Assembly (NCBI GenBank): GCA_023657465.1
Contig: JAGTJX010000003.1
Location: forward strand, 311,889 to 375,888
Direction: 5' to 3'
DNA length: 64,000 nt
Origin: Lysobacteraceae bacterium
GTDB lineage: Bacteria; Bdellovibrionota; UBA1018; JAGTJX01
Shown: positions 1 to 9,784 of the stretch, piece after piece
How positions within the stretch are numbered: position 1 is the stretch's first letter
Layout: each line of letters begins with the position of its first letter
The notes under the pieces: model-generated
The model's input: the letters and a program-made list of their open reading frames with translations, nothing else
Databases searched by the model: none
Told to the model about the DNA's origin: nothing
Translations under genes and position numbers: made by a program

Positions 1-1512
1 CTTCTTACGGAACCAGTTCACTCCGAAGATGAGAGGAGGATTTTTCACCATCGCACCCATTTTAATCCAATGAGCGAAGTAATCACCCATATTGTATCCG
101 CAGAAGGGAAGCATCGCCATAGGATCGCGTCTGACTTCCCCCACTTTACCTACAGCAGCTGCAGTGGTCTCAGATCCAATAGTAGCAGCGAGATAAACTC
201 CATCATTCCAGTTCTGTGGTTGGTACACGAGAGGAACAAGAGAATCCCTCCTGCCACCGAAGATGAATGCTGAGATCGGAACGCCTACTGGGTTCTCCCA
301 ACTTTTATCAATAGAAGGTGCTTGGTGAGCTGGAGCCGTGAAACGTGAGTTCGGGTGTGCAGCTTTTCTGCCGCATCCAGGAGTCCATGCCTGTCCTGTC
401 CAGTCTGTGAGGTTCGCTGGAGGTACATCTGTCATCTCTTCCCACCACACGTCATTATCTTCTGTGAGTGCTACGTTTGTGAAAATTGTGTTCTTATAGA
501 GTGCATCCATTGCATTGGGATTGGTTTTGTAACTAGTACCTGGAGCCACACCGAAGAAACCAGCTTCTGGATTGATCGCGTAAAGCCTGCCATCAGCACC
601 TGGCTTGATCCATGCAATGTCGTCACCGATGGTGGTGACTTTCCAACCGTCGAATGCCTTAGGTGGAACGAGCATCGCTAAGTTTGTTTTTCCGCATGAA
701 GACGGGAATGCAGCACCGACATAAGTCTTCTCGCCCTGTGGAGATTCCATACCTAAGATGAGCATGTGCTCAGCTAGCCAGCCTTCATCACGAGCCATAG
801 TGGATGCGATACGAAGCGCGAAACACTTCTTACCGAGTAATGCGTTACCGCCGTAACCTGATCCATAAGACCAAATCTCTCGAGTCTCTGGGAAGTGAAC
901 GATGTACTTGGTTTCCTTATTGGATGGCCAGGTGACGTCCTTCTCGCCGTGAGCAAGTGGAGCGCCTACTGAGTGCAAGCAAGGAACGAAGTTTTTATTG
1001 CCCAAGACATCGAGAACTTTGCGTCCCATGCGGGTCATGATTTTCATGTTCACAGCGACGTATGCGGAGTCAGAGATCTCAACACCGATCTGAGCGATAT
1101 CAGAGCCTAGTGGACCCATGCTAAATGGGATCACGTACATCGTACGACCCTTCATCGAACCGCGGAATAAACCTTTGAGCACACCCTTCATCTCGACTGG
1201 ATCCATCCAGTTGTTGGTTGGACCTGCATCGACTTTGTTTTTGGAGCAGATGTAAGTTCTGTCTTCTACTCTCGCGACATCTGAAGGATCAGAGAATGCA
1301 ATATAGCTATTAGGGCGTTTGATGGGATTGAGTTTTTTGAAAGTGCCTGCAGCAACTAAGCGCTCGCAGAGCATGTTGTATTCTTCTTCAGAACCATCAC
1401 AGAAGTGAACTGCATCAGGTTGGCAGAGTTCTGCGGTTTCCAGTACCCAAGTACGTAGCTTCTCGTTCTTTACCCATTCAGGAATCATTAGATTGTGCAT
1501 ATAAAAATTCAT
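1..1512 (-). CDS. pckG: Phosphoenolpyruvate carboxykinase (GTP); N-terminal ~500 aa, C-terminus beyond the left edge
   Basis: Minus-strand translation from the ATG at 1510-1512 gives [13 protein letters not shown]... It contains GTP-PEPCK signatures ([12 protein letters not shown] kinase-1a, [19 protein letters not shown]). It is absent from the supplied ORF track because it runs off the edge. Confidence 0.9.
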   Translation of the reverse strand, partial: MNFYMHNLMIPEWVKNEKLRTWVLETAELCQPDAVHFCDGSEEEYNMLCERLVAAGTFKKLNPIKRPNSYIAFSDPSDVARVEDRTYICSKNKVDAGPTNNWMDPVEMKGVLKGLFRGSMKGRTMYVIPFSMGPLGSDIAQIGVEISDSAYVAVNMKIMTRMGRKVLDVLGNKNFVPCLHSVGAPLAHGEKDVTWPSNKETKYIVHFPETREIWSYGSGYGGNALLGKKCFALRIASTMARDEGWLAEHMLILGMESPQGEKTYVGAAFPSSCGKTNLAMLVPPKAFDGWKVTTIGDDIAWIKPGADGRLYAINPEAGFFGVAPGTSYKTNPNAMDALYKNTIFTNVALTEDNDVWWEEMTDVPPANLTDWTGQAWTPGCGRKAAHPNSRFTAPAHQAPSIDKSWENPVGVPISAFIFGGRRDSLVPLVYQPQNWNDGVYLAATIGSETTAAAVGKVGEVRRDPMAMLPFCGYNMGDYFAHWIKMGAMVKNPPLIFGVNWFRKK

Positions 1513-1615
1513 ACGACGCGGATCACGACTTTAAAAGTGAAAAAAACGGTTTTATAGCCATATGCGCTATAAAGAATGGTGTGACGCACTCGGATCTAAA
1601 TGCTAGCTTAAGCCC

Positions 1616-2284
1616 GTGGCATTCAATCTACTCAAGTCGTTCATCCAGCCCGAATACCTTCCCTTGCTGAAGTACGCTAACCCCAAGGTTCTAAAGATCA
1701 TGTCCTGGGATAAGCCTATCCAGTTCATGAAAGGGTTAAGTAGATCCCCTGACAGCGCTCTAGAGAAAGGGTTGAAGCTCGGAACGAATGAGAAAAACAA
1801 CGCTCTCCTTCAAGCTTATTTCTACCAAATTCACTCCCTTCCTACTTGGTCTTTAGAATTTTCGTTCGAACATCTCACCTCTGAAAACGGAGAAACTCAG
1901 CTCTGGAAGCCAGAAGGATTCTTCTTCAAACCAAGCGAAACGTTCCGAAAAGGTCTATCTGATCTCTATCAAGGCTACTATGAATCAGAGACCGAACAAT
2001 TTGAAATGAGTCTAAAGTCTATTGGACTATTAGAAGCGAAGGACATCATGATGGATCACTTCGGCAATGACGGCAGTCGAAAAATCATTTTCAACGCACA
2101 GGCATTATCAAACACGATAGATAAACTTGCTGAGCGTGCGATCGACCGCAATATCCAACTCGACGAAAACTTCTTAGCCTTTGGGATCATGCTCCTCACC
2201 CTCTATAATCACTTGAGCCAAGACCAAACACCTGTCGATGTGAAGTCGATTTATCTCCAATCAAGAAAGCTATCACCCCAATGA
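1616..2284 (+). CDS. hypothetical protein
   Basis: 222-aa ORF with no recognised motifs. Its stop overlaps the next start (ATGA at 2281), suggesting co-transcription. Confidence 0.4.
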   Translation: MAFNLLKSFIQPEYLPLLKYANPKVLKIMSWDKPIQFMKGLSRSPDSALEKGLKLGTNEKNNALLQAYFYQIHSLPTWSLEFSFEHLTSENGETQLWKPEGFFFKPSETFRKGLSDLYQGYYESETEQFEMSLKSIGLLEAKDIMMDHFGNDGSRKIIFNAQALSNTIDKLAERAIDRNIQLDENFLAFGIMLLTLYNHLSQDQTPVDVKSIYLQSRKLSPQ

Positions 2285-3633
2285 AGATAGTCATCGCAGG
2301 AGCCACTGGATTTATCGGACGAAGACTCATTCATAAACTCAAATACGAACATGAGATCACTGCGCTCACAAGGTCACCTAGTAAGTCAGCAGATCCGCAG
2401 GTCAAATGGCTCAAGTGTGACTTATTCAATTACAAAGATATAGATAAAGCCCTCAAAGGTGCAGATATAGCCATATTCCTAGTCCACTCCATGCTTCCTA
2501 CTGCAAGACTCAATCAAGCGAGCTTCGAGGACATGGATTTGCTTTTAGCAAGTCACTTCGCACGAAGCGCTGAACGAAACAAAGTGAAGCGCATCGTTTA
2601 TCTCGGTGGACTTATCCCTGAAGACAAGAAACTTTCGGCGCACCTGAGATCCAGGCTCGAAGTTGAAGAAGTTTTCCTAAAATCCAAAGTAGACACAATC
2701 GCTCTGAGAGCGGGATTAGTCATGGGTGAAGAAGGATCTTCCTTCCAAATGCTTTACTGGCTAGTGAAGCGACTTCCCATGATGATTTGCCCTACTTGGA
2801 CATTGAGCGAAACACAACCTGTTGATATCGACACAGTAGTTGAAGCGATCGCGCATTCTGCTCAAAATTTTGAAATCAAAAAAGGAAACTACGATCTCGG
2901 TAGCCCGACCACTATCACTTACCAAGGACTCATGATTGAGACGGCCAAACAAATGGGGCTTAAGCGCCCGATGATCTCAGTACCTCTATTCTCACCTGGC
3001 TTATCTAACCTCTGGGTCAGTCTCATCACTGGCGCAAGTTCTCACCTCGTCGCTCCACTCGTTCAAAGTCTCAGGTATCCCATGGTCGCGAGGAAGGATT
3101 ATCTTTTCCCAATCGCTTTACCTTCAAAAAGTATTTCTGATTCTATAGCGGATTCTATCAAATCCATTCAGCCAGTACTGAGACAACAGACCCGTGACCG
3201 AGTGAAAGCTCAGAAGCGAAGAGAGAATGTCATCTCTATTCAGAGAATCACTCACGCAAAACTTACTGCTACACAGATCTCAACAACTTATTGGAATTGG
3301 CTCAAACAGAAACTAGGTTGGCTCATTGAAGTGAAGAGCTCTCCGTCTCAAGGAATCACGCTTAAGTTGAAACCTGTGAATCTGAAGCTCCTCAGTTTTG
3401 AAGCAAACTCTAGTCATGATGAAACTCTGTGCACTCATCACATCGCTGATGGACTACTCATTTCCAAAAAATCACCTACCACTGCTCGTATTGAGTTCTT
3501 AAGAACAACGCATAACGACTACGGACTCATTGCTGTGCAAGATTTTCTTCCTCGACTCCCGTGGCCAATTTATCTTCTCTCTCAAGCCTGGATTCATCTT
3601 TGGGTGACGAGAGCGTTTATTAAATCTCTCTAA
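2281..3633 (+). CDS. NAD(P)-binding NmrA/SDR-like protein with C-terminal domain of unknown function (possibly DUF2867)
   Basis: N-terminal Rossmann motif MKIVIAGATGFIGRRL. The C-terminal ~200 aa is unassigned. Confidence 0.55.
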   Translation: MKIVIAGATGFIGRRLIHKLKYEHEITALTRSPSKSADPQVKWLKCDLFNYKDIDKALKGADIAIFLVHSMLPTARLNQASFEDMDLLLASHFARSAERNKVKRIVYLGGLIPEDKKLSAHLRSRLEVEEVFLKSKVDTIALRAGLVMGEEGSSFQMLYWLVKRLPMMICPTWTLSETQPVDIDTVVEAIAHSAQNFEIKKGNYDLGSPTTITYQGLMIETAKQMGLKRPMISVPLFSPGLSNLWVSLITGASSHLVAPLVQSLRYPMVARKDYLFPIALPSKSISDSIADSIKSIQPVLRQQTRDRVKAQKRRENVISIQRITHAKLTATQISTTYWNWLKQKLGWLIEVKSSPSQGITLKLKPVNLKLLSFEANSSHDETLCTHHIADGLLISKKSPTTARIEFLRTTHNDYGLIAVQDFLPRLPWPIYLLSQAWIHLWVTRAFIKSL

Positions 3634-5141
3634 AGCGTCTTTAAAAACTCTATTATGTCTCGCTTCTGATCAGGAGTGTACATCTCTTGTCCATTCTTGA
3701 GGAACACTCCTTCGTCGTGTCCTGAATTCGACTGACCTGGCTGAGTTGTATCGTAGAAGTGAACCCTGTCACCTTTTCTAGATGGGTAACCCACACAATC
3801 ACTGTCGAAGTCCTCTTGAGGATCGATCTGCTTTCGAGAATAGTAGTGCTTCGGTCTCTCACTTGCTAGAGTGAGCACCGCACACAAACTCGGCACCGAG
3901 TTATTATGGAAGTAAGGGAAGCGTGCGAAGATTCCTTCGAGCGGTGGAGGCACATAGCCGTGCTGCACCTCAATGACTGTTACGAAATTCTTAGAAATTT
4001 GAAGGTGATTCAATCCACGCGCGAGACTCTCCATTCCCTCTCTCCGTCCCGGATCTGTTCCTACGTCGATCACGGGTGTTGGAGTCGGATACTTCACGAG
4101 GATATTCTCAAGTGTCTTCCAGTTCTTCTCATAGGCACCATGGCAACTGGCGCAGTTCGCATGAAAGAGCGCGCTTCCTTGACGTGCTCGCGCAACATTG
4201 ATCGTTCCTTTACCAAAAAAGTCAGACCAGTGAGGTGCGGAAGTATTAAATACAAACTCTCGCAGCTCCCTGATCGTATCTTCATTGGTTTTGAACCACT
4301 GATCGAGCTCGCGGAGATCCGCCCCTCGGCCAATTTCATTCCAAAGAAAGTTGGTGAAGATCGGATCGCCTGAAACAATCGAACCATCAGAGAGGAAGCG
4401 AGTTTTGTATTTGAGATTCCACCACACTGCAGGTTTAGAATCAGCAACGTGATGATCGAGTAGATCAGCGCGCGGTGACTTCTCTAATTGGCTATTGAAA
4501 CTAGCCCACTCATCGCTATTCCTTCTCGCAAGCGAGAGCGCTACCTGAGCAAGTGAAGTATCGAGCCCTAGAGACTGAGGCTTCACTATACCGATGCGAC
4601 GTGAAGCTTTCTTCATATCGATGAACATTTGTTTTTCACCAGGAGATGCGCCTGTCATGAGTTCAAACATTTCTGGAGTTGAGAATTTGAGTGCGAACTT
4701 TCCATCAGCGAAAAACTCATTCGCTCGCGGAAAGCGATTACTCATGCCCACGACAGTTTTTCCAAAGAGTGTTCCCACGTGGCAGCCAGCACAGCTGATG
4801 GTGAGGCCCTGAGCCCCATATTTTTCTATACGACCGAGTCCCATCCTAAAATGTTCAGGCTCTCCAGTGAAAATAGCGTCTAGATACTCATGCAGGCCTA
4901 ACCATTTGAAAATCGAGTCGAATGCGTTTTTCTTAGGAATGAGGCTAACGAGTTTATTAAACGCCTGCTCTGGAATGAGCATCTGAGTGGTCGAGACAGG
5001 ATAAGTATTGATGTGCTTGAAGCCAAGGCGATCCTCGGCCTTCGTGACATCCGTTTCAAAAACCAAAAGCGTGCTGAGTGTCCCTACCCAGAACCAAAAA
5101 CCCATGGTAGCGTAAAAGTATCGTGACAGATCAATCACCAC
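3630..5141 (-). CDS. di-haem c-type cytochrome (DUF1111/putative di-haem peroxidase-like)
   Basis: Two CxxCH motifs (CAGCH, CASCH) ~190 aa apart, N-terminal hydrophobic anchor, ~500 aa. The DUF1111 family assignment comes from size and motif spacing only. Confidence 0.5.
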   Translation of the reverse strand: MVIDLSRYFYATMGFWFWVGTLSTLLVFETDVTKAEDRLGFKHINTYPVSTTQMLIPEQAFNKLVSLIPKKNAFDSIFKWLGLHEYLDAIFTGEPEHFRMGLGRIEKYGAQGLTISCAGCHVGTLFGKTVVGMSNRFPRANEFFADGKFALKFSTPEMFELMTGASPGEKQMFIDMKKASRRIGIVKPQSLGLDTSLAQVALSLARRNSDEWASFNSQLEKSPRADLLDHHVADSKPAVWWNLKYKTRFLSDGSIVSGDPIFTNFLWNEIGRGADLRELDQWFKTNEDTIRELREFVFNTSAPHWSDFFGKGTINVARARQGSALFHANCASCHGAYEKNWKTLENILVKYPTPTPVIDVGTDPGRREGMESLARGLNHLQISKNFVTVIEVQHGYVPPPLEGIFARFPYFHNNSVPSLCAVLTLASERPKHYYSRKQIDPQEDFDSDCVGYPSRKGDRVHFYDTTQPGQSNSGHDEGVFLKNGQEMYTPDQKRDIIEFLKTL

Positions 5142-6688
5142 AAGAAAAAGCTCAAGCCTACTTAAAGACCTCTGCGCTCTATAAGTTAGGACACCTCCCT
5201 ACCGAGCAGCAGAACCCTAAGACCATGAATTTATCAGATCTTTCTCGGACTGACCCACTGCGCGCAATTCATATTCTCCAAGAAATCGATCTGGATGCTC
5301 TCTCCGCTCTGCATCGTAGGAGCAATCAAGTTGAGCGTTTGAGACTCGTGATCAGAGACACACTCCTAGGCGGAGGCAGGATTTATCTCTGTGGATGTGG
5401 CGCTACCGGGCGACTTTCACTCTCTCTCGAATCTTTCTGGCGCGAAACACGCGAAGGCACTGATCTCGTCGACCGCGTCGTGAGCTTCATGGCCGGTGGA
5501 GACATCGCACTTGTCCGAGCAGCTGAGAACTTCGAAGATTATTCAGACTACGGCTCTCGTCATCTTACAGAATTAGGATTCAAAGACGGCGATCTATTAC
5601 TTGCCATCACTGAGGGTGGAGAAACTCCTTATGTGATCGGCGCTGCTCTCGCTGCCAAAGATATTTCTGAAATTCCACCTTGGTTCCTCTATTGCAATCC
5701 CGATTCTGCTCTCGTTGGATCGATCGAGCGATCTCGCCAAGTCATTGAAGACTCAGGAATTGAGAAGCTGAATCTCGAAACAGGTCCAATGGCGATCTCA
5801 GGAAGCACTCGACTTCAAGCGAGCACCGTTCTCATGTACGCAGTAGGGCTTGCACTCCTCGAGTTTGAAAGTGAAGAGAAGATCGCAGACCAGATCGCAA
5901 AGTTTATCGAACAAGTTCAGCAAGCGGATCTTGAGTTCTTGGTACCTTTCATTGAGCATGAATCTAAGTATTACACCGAAGGACACGGTATCTATTATCA
6001 GACTGACGTCTATGAGATCACCGTACTCACAGACACAACCGAGCGTCATCCGACGTTCAGTCTACAGCCGTTTGAAAACTCACATGAACCGGACGCTCAA
6101 CCTTCTCTCTCTTACCTATATCTTCCTCACGCAAGAAACACTGAGGACGGATGGTTCCAGACATTGAAGCGCAAGCCACGCGCACTGGATTGGGAAGGCT
6201 ACGGCGATAGATTGGGACTTAAGAAACTCTACGGTTATGACTTCTCTGTAGCTAGTGTGGAGCGCAGGAAAAACAAATTCAAAGAAAACCACTTCTTCAA
6301 AATCGACCGCGAAGGCTTACTGATGCGGTTCCGTTTAGACGATATTCGTGGAACGATCCCCATTCACAGAATGAGTATTCTAGAGGAACACCTCATGCTC
6401 AAAATGTGCATCAATATCCTCTCTTGCCTCGTCATGGGTCGCATGGGCAGAATCGAAGGCAATGTCATGAGTTGGGTAAAACCCTCTAACGGAAAACTTA
6501 TTGATCGTACGATCCGCTACGTTCAAATGCTCTATGAGGCTAAATACAGTGAAACCAAGCAGGGTGTCGATAATCACAAGAAGAAACCTACTCCGACTTA
6601 CGAATCCATCTGCGATAAGTTATTTATTGCTCTCGAGACTTTCAAGGGAGATGAATCTATCGTAATGAAAGTTCTCTCCCAATGCTAG
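5123..6688 (+). CDS. SIS-domain protein of the MurQ/GckR (MurNAc-6-P etherase / glucokinase-regulator-like) family
   Basis: N-terminal LPTEQQNPKTMNLSDLS...GGGRIYLCGCGATGRLS resembles the MurQ N-terminus and SIS phosphosugar-binding loop. At 521 aa it is longer than MurQ and closer to GckR-like. Confidence 0.55.
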   Translation: MTDQSPQEKAQAYLKTSALYKLGHLPTEQQNPKTMNLSDLSRTDPLRAIHILQEIDLDALSALHRRSNQVERLRLVIRDTLLGGGRIYLCGCGATGRLSLSLESFWRETREGTDLVDRVVSFMAGGDIALVRAAENFEDYSDYGSRHLTELGFKDGDLLLAITEGGETPYVIGAALAAKDISEIPPWFLYCNPDSALVGSIERSRQVIEDSGIEKLNLETGPMAISGSTRLQASTVLMYAVGLALLEFESEEKIADQIAKFIEQVQQADLEFLVPFIEHESKYYTEGHGIYYQTDVYEITVLTDTTERHPTFSLQPFENSHEPDAQPSLSYLYLPHARNTEDGWFQTLKRKPRALDWEGYGDRLGLKKLYGYDFSVASVERRKNKFKENHFFKIDREGLLMRFRLDDIRGTIPIHRMSILEEHLMLKMCINILSCLVMGRMGRIEGNVMSWVKPSNGKLIDRTIRYVQMLYEAKYSETKQGVDNHKKKPTPTYESICDKLFIALETFKGDESIVMKVLSQC

Positions 6689-7137
6689 ATGCTTTCTTTT
6701 TAAAGCTAAAACTTCGTATGATTAATATTTGGCCACCATTTTTATTTTCTGGGATTTGGGTAAGCTATCCTGATTCGAACTTACGCACTGTCGTAGTTTC
6801 ACTGAGAGATTACTTCTTAAACCGAAACGCACAGGGTACTCATTACGGTGGATCGCTGTTCTCGATGACAGACCCCTTCTATGCACTGATACTCATGAAT
6901 GCCCTTGGCCCCAAGTACATAGTTTGGGATAAGTCGGCAGAGATTCAGTTTCTGAAGCCAGGAAGAAAACTCGTGCGAGCAGAATTCCATATCCCCGAAG
7001 AAGAAATTGAGAAGATCAGAATCACACTTGAAACAGAACGAAAAGTAGAGCCTGTGTTTGATGCGACTGTGGTCGATTTAGAGGGTACAGTCGTTTGCAA
7101 AGTCAAAAAAGTTCTCTATGTACGCAAACGCGCTTAG
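6682..7137 (+). CDS. hot-dog fold thioesterase-like protein (DUF4442-like)
   Basis: 151 aa with HYGGSLFSMTDPFYALILMNALGPKYIVWDK pattern, typical of DUF4442/PaaI-like hot-dog proteins. Confidence 0.4.
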   Translation: MLDAFFLKLKLRMINIWPPFLFSGIWVSYPDSNLRTVVVSLRDYFLNRNAQGTHYGGSLFSMTDPFYALILMNALGPKYIVWDKSAEIQFLKPGRKLVRAEFHIPEEEIEKIRITLETERKVEPVFDATVVDLEGTVVCKVKKVLYVRKRA

Positions 7138-7189
7138 CGAGTGCAATTTTAGTTTTCCAAAGATTTATTAAACAAACCCACCCTTTTTT

Positions 7190-7240
7190 ATGGTGACACA
7201 GCGTTCCCTTATCAGGTTGTGGCATGAGTGTGGCATGGGC
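7190..7240. repeat. left arm of ~50-bp imperfect inverted repeat (core TATCAGGTTGTGGCATGAGTGTGGCAT)
   Basis: Reverse-complement match to 7713-7762. There is a 27-bp near-perfect core and a ~45-bp span at about 80% identity. It contains the tandem TGTGGCATG x2. Confidence 0.8.
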
Positions 7241-7703
7241 AACGACATGCGGGTGGTAACCTTGCAGGATACAAAACACTCTGAAGCCTTTGCCAGGTAT
7301 CCTCCTTCGGAACGACCTTGCCATGTTCGATGTGACTGAGATGAGTTCGGTCAATTCCTGCTTTTCTAGCCAAAGATTCTTGAGTCAAGCGCAGCTGTTG
7401 TCTACGTACCCGCAGCTTCAATCCCGCGTGAACATTTTTAGACTGAATTTGAATAGCTTGGCGAGTCCTGACTTGTTGAATAGGATCATAGAATGACTGC
7501 AGTCCAGACATAGCGTCCGAATGTCGGATCTGACTCCATCTGAATTCGATGATTTTACTTTCTCGAATCGCTCTCCAAACCATGAGGGCAAAAGTTTTTC
7601 TTGCATCATGGCCTAATGATTTTGATTCAATGCTGATTTTAATTAATGCTGGCCTGTAATGGGCTTCAATCATGGTTTTCTTAAATTCGTTTTTGTTTTT
7701 CAT
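7212..7703 (-). CDS. XRE-family HTH DNA-binding protein (C-terminal HTH_3) with uncharacterised N-terminal ~80 aa
   Basis: LKLRVRRQQLRLTQESLARKAGIDRTHLSHIEHGKVVPKEDTWQRLQSVL is a canonical XRE helix-turn-helix. The ORF tail reads through the left inverted repeat. The start was chosen at MKNKNEF (7703) rather than the track start inside the right repeat. Confidence 0.6.
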   Translation of the reverse strand: MKNKNEFKKTMIEAHYRPALIKISIESKSLGHDARKTFALMVWRAIRESKIIEFRWSQIRHSDAMSGLQSFYDPIQQVRTRQAIQIQSKNVHAGLKLRVRRQQLRLTQESLARKAGIDRTHLSHIEHGKVVPKEDTWQRLQSVLYPARLPPACRCPCHTHATT

Positions 7704-7712
7704 GAACGCATA

Positions 7713-7762
7713 GCAATGCCACATTCATGCCACAACCTGATAACAGAGCAAACGTGTCACTA
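7713..7762. repeat. right arm of ~50-bp imperfect inverted repeat
   Basis: Reverse complement of 7190-7240. It ends 4 bp before the stop codon of the tgt-fusion gene (7766-7768). Confidence 0.8.
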
Positions 7763-7765
7763 AAA

Positions 7766-9775
7766 TCAGCCCTGAAACTGTGGATGCTGCTTAATCTCTG
7801 AATCCCACTCTGGATTCCTACTTCCACTACGTGACCATTGATCGATGAACTCACGCTTGAGCCACTGAACATCACTCGCCCACTTACTCTTAAATCCAGC
7901 ACGATTTCCTGCCACTGTCGTATGAGATCGCGCACCTGTCGCCCGACCCTGTCCAACGTACCAGCCGGAAGCTAAGAGCGCCCCTCGCACAGCGGTCGAA
8001 GCAGTATAAGTGTATAGCAAACACTCGCGATCTGAAGTCTTAGAGAGAATCCGCTTAAACATCTCATGCTTCCAAAGCTCTGTGTCGGTATGTGTAGAAA
8101 ACGGATCATAAAAAATAATATCTGGACTAGCAACTTTAGGGAACTGATGACGGAAGTCGCCTTCAAGCAAGATCCACTCAATCTTGCCATCTCTTGAAAT
8201 CCACCGATGATCATCAAGTAGAGTCTGCACTACACTCTCAAGCTCTCGCATATGAGGGAAAAGATCACTTCGCGCAGCCGCTAATCTCATCGCATCGAGA
8301 TCTTTCTCGAAGCTGATGATGAGACTTGGATTATTCCTCTCGGTACCACTTCTACCCATGAGCGATCTAATGACAGCAATCGCATTATGACCTGCGCCTA
8401 ATCCTACATCCCAAACGACAAGCCGCTCAGTCTCACCCACTCGTTCGCGCACACGAGATTGCTCAGCATAGATGGAGTGCGCTTCGCTATCTGGATGCTG
8501 AGTCGAATGCATGATCTCTCCTGATGTCTTGCACTTCACACTGAAGAAACCCTTGTCAGATTTTACGACTTCGAAGTTTCCTAGTTCGAGCAACACGGGA
8601 GACAGCGAAGCTGTTTCGCGTGGTGCTCCAAGTGGTAGCTTAGGCAGATTCTGCTCATCATCCTGAACAAGCGCTAATCGCTTGGCTACGTAATATTCAT
8701 AGAATGTTCCAGCTAAGATCTGCTTGCGCATCTCGCGCATGAGCTCATGATAGAAGTACAGATTGTGGTTGGCGACTAAGCTCCAACCATAGAACTCTTT
8801 GGATTTAATCAGATGATGAATGTAAGCACGGGAATGAGTGGCACATGTGGGACACTTACAATTCTCATCAATCGGACCCGAACCTAATCTATAAACTCCA
8901 CGCGAAAGCTTGATCACACCTTGATGAGTAAACGCCACACCCTGCTGTGCTTGAGCAGTGGGAAGTATGCAATCGAACATATCGACACCACGGTGAACCG
9001 CTTCGAGTAGATCAATGGGCTTACCTACACCCATGAGATATCGCGGGCGATCCTCAGGCATGAATGCTGTCGTAAATTCAGTGAAGTGTTCGCGTTCTTC
9101 GCGGGTCTCTCCTACAGCAAGCCCTCCGATTGCGTACCCATCAAACGGCATTTCACGTAAAACCTCTGCTGACTCTCGTCTCAAATCTTCGAAGAGCGCG
9201 CCTTGAACAATCCCAAACATACTTTGTGGCGAATCTCCATGAGCCTCTAAACTTCTCTTAGCCCATCGATGAGTGAGCTCCATCGCCTCTGCTGCTTCTT
9301 CACGATTGGAAGTGGATGCAATACATTGATCGAGTACCATCATGATATCTGATCCGATTGAGCGCTGGACAGCGATGCTCTTCTCAGGAGTGAGCAGAAT
9401 CTTGTGACCATCGACTTGGCTCACAAACTCTGCACCCCTCTCACTCATGCGCCTAGCGTGAGTGAGAGAGAAAATCTGGAAGCCACCTGAATCAGTGAGT
9501 ACGCTCTTCCCCCAGTTCATGAACTTGTGAATGCCACCGATATGATCGAAGACTTCAGTCCCCGGCCTGAGCATCAAGTGATACGTATTTGCTAATAAGA
9601 TTTGGGAGCCAGATTTCTGTGCATCTTCAGGCCTTAAAGCCTTAATCGTGGCCTGAGTACCCACAGGCATAAACAATGGGGTTAAAACTTCATTATGTAG
9701 CGTTTGAAACCATGCAGCACGAGCACTTGTTTTCTGCATTTTTTGTGACTTGATTTTAAAACCTAAACGACTCAT
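7766..9775 (-). CDS. tgt: queuine tRNA-ribosyltransferase fused to a C-terminal MnmC(m)/MnmD-like SAM-dependent methyltransferase domain (DUF752/Methyltransf_30-like)
   Basis: N-terminal ~370 aa carry the Tgt motifs FMPVGT, LTDSGGFQIFSL and the zinc site CKCPTCATHSRAYIHHL. The C-terminal ~300 aa carry VVWDVGLGAGHNAI and FYDPFSTHTDTELWKHEMFKRILSKTSDRECLLYTYTASTAVRGALLASGWYVGQGRATGARSHTTVAG, matching the MnmC N-terminal methyltransferase pattern (DGFaP..NPELW...TYT.A..VRR.L..aGF.V.k..G.G.KRE). The true start may be at M13 (9739). Confidence 0.8.
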   Translation of the reverse strand: MSRLGFKIKSQKMQKTSARAAWFQTLHNEVLTPLFMPVGTQATIKALRPEDAQKSGSQILLANTYHLMLRPGTEVFDHIGGIHKFMNWGKSVLTDSGGFQIFSLTHARRMSERGAEFVSQVDGHKILLTPEKSIAVQRSIGSDIMMVLDQCIASTSNREEAAEAMELTHRWAKRSLEAHGDSPQSMFGIVQGALFEDLRRESAEVLREMPFDGYAIGGLAVGETREEREHFTEFTTAFMPEDRPRYLMGVGKPIDLLEAVHRGVDMFDCILPTAQAQQGVAFTHQGVIKLSRGVYRLGSGPIDENCKCPTCATHSRAYIHHLIKSKEFYGWSLVANHNLYFYHELMREMRKQILAGTFYEYYVAKRLALVQDDEQNLPKLPLGAPRETASLSPVLLELGNFEVVKSDKGFFSVKCKTSGEIMHSTQHPDSEAHSIYAEQSRVRERVGETERLVVWDVGLGAGHNAIAVIRSLMGRSGTERNNPSLIISFEKDLDAMRLAAARSDLFPHMRELESVVQTLLDDHRWISRDGKIEWILLEGDFRHQFPKVASPDIIFYDPFSTHTDTELWKHEMFKRILSKTSDRECLLYTYTASTAVRGALLASGWYVGQGRATGARSHTTVAGNRAGFKSKWASDVQWLKREFIDQWSRSGSRNPEWDSEIKQHPQFQG

Positions 9776-9784
9776 GACGAGGCG

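Noticed and set aside
5798-6167. Two overlapping ORFs (83 and 105 aa) inside the SIS-domain gene
   Set aside because: They are antisense or embedded within a well-supported 521-aa gene and have no motifs or RBS.
9015-9206. 63-aa plus-strand ORF
   Set aside because: It lies antisense within the tgt-fusion gene.
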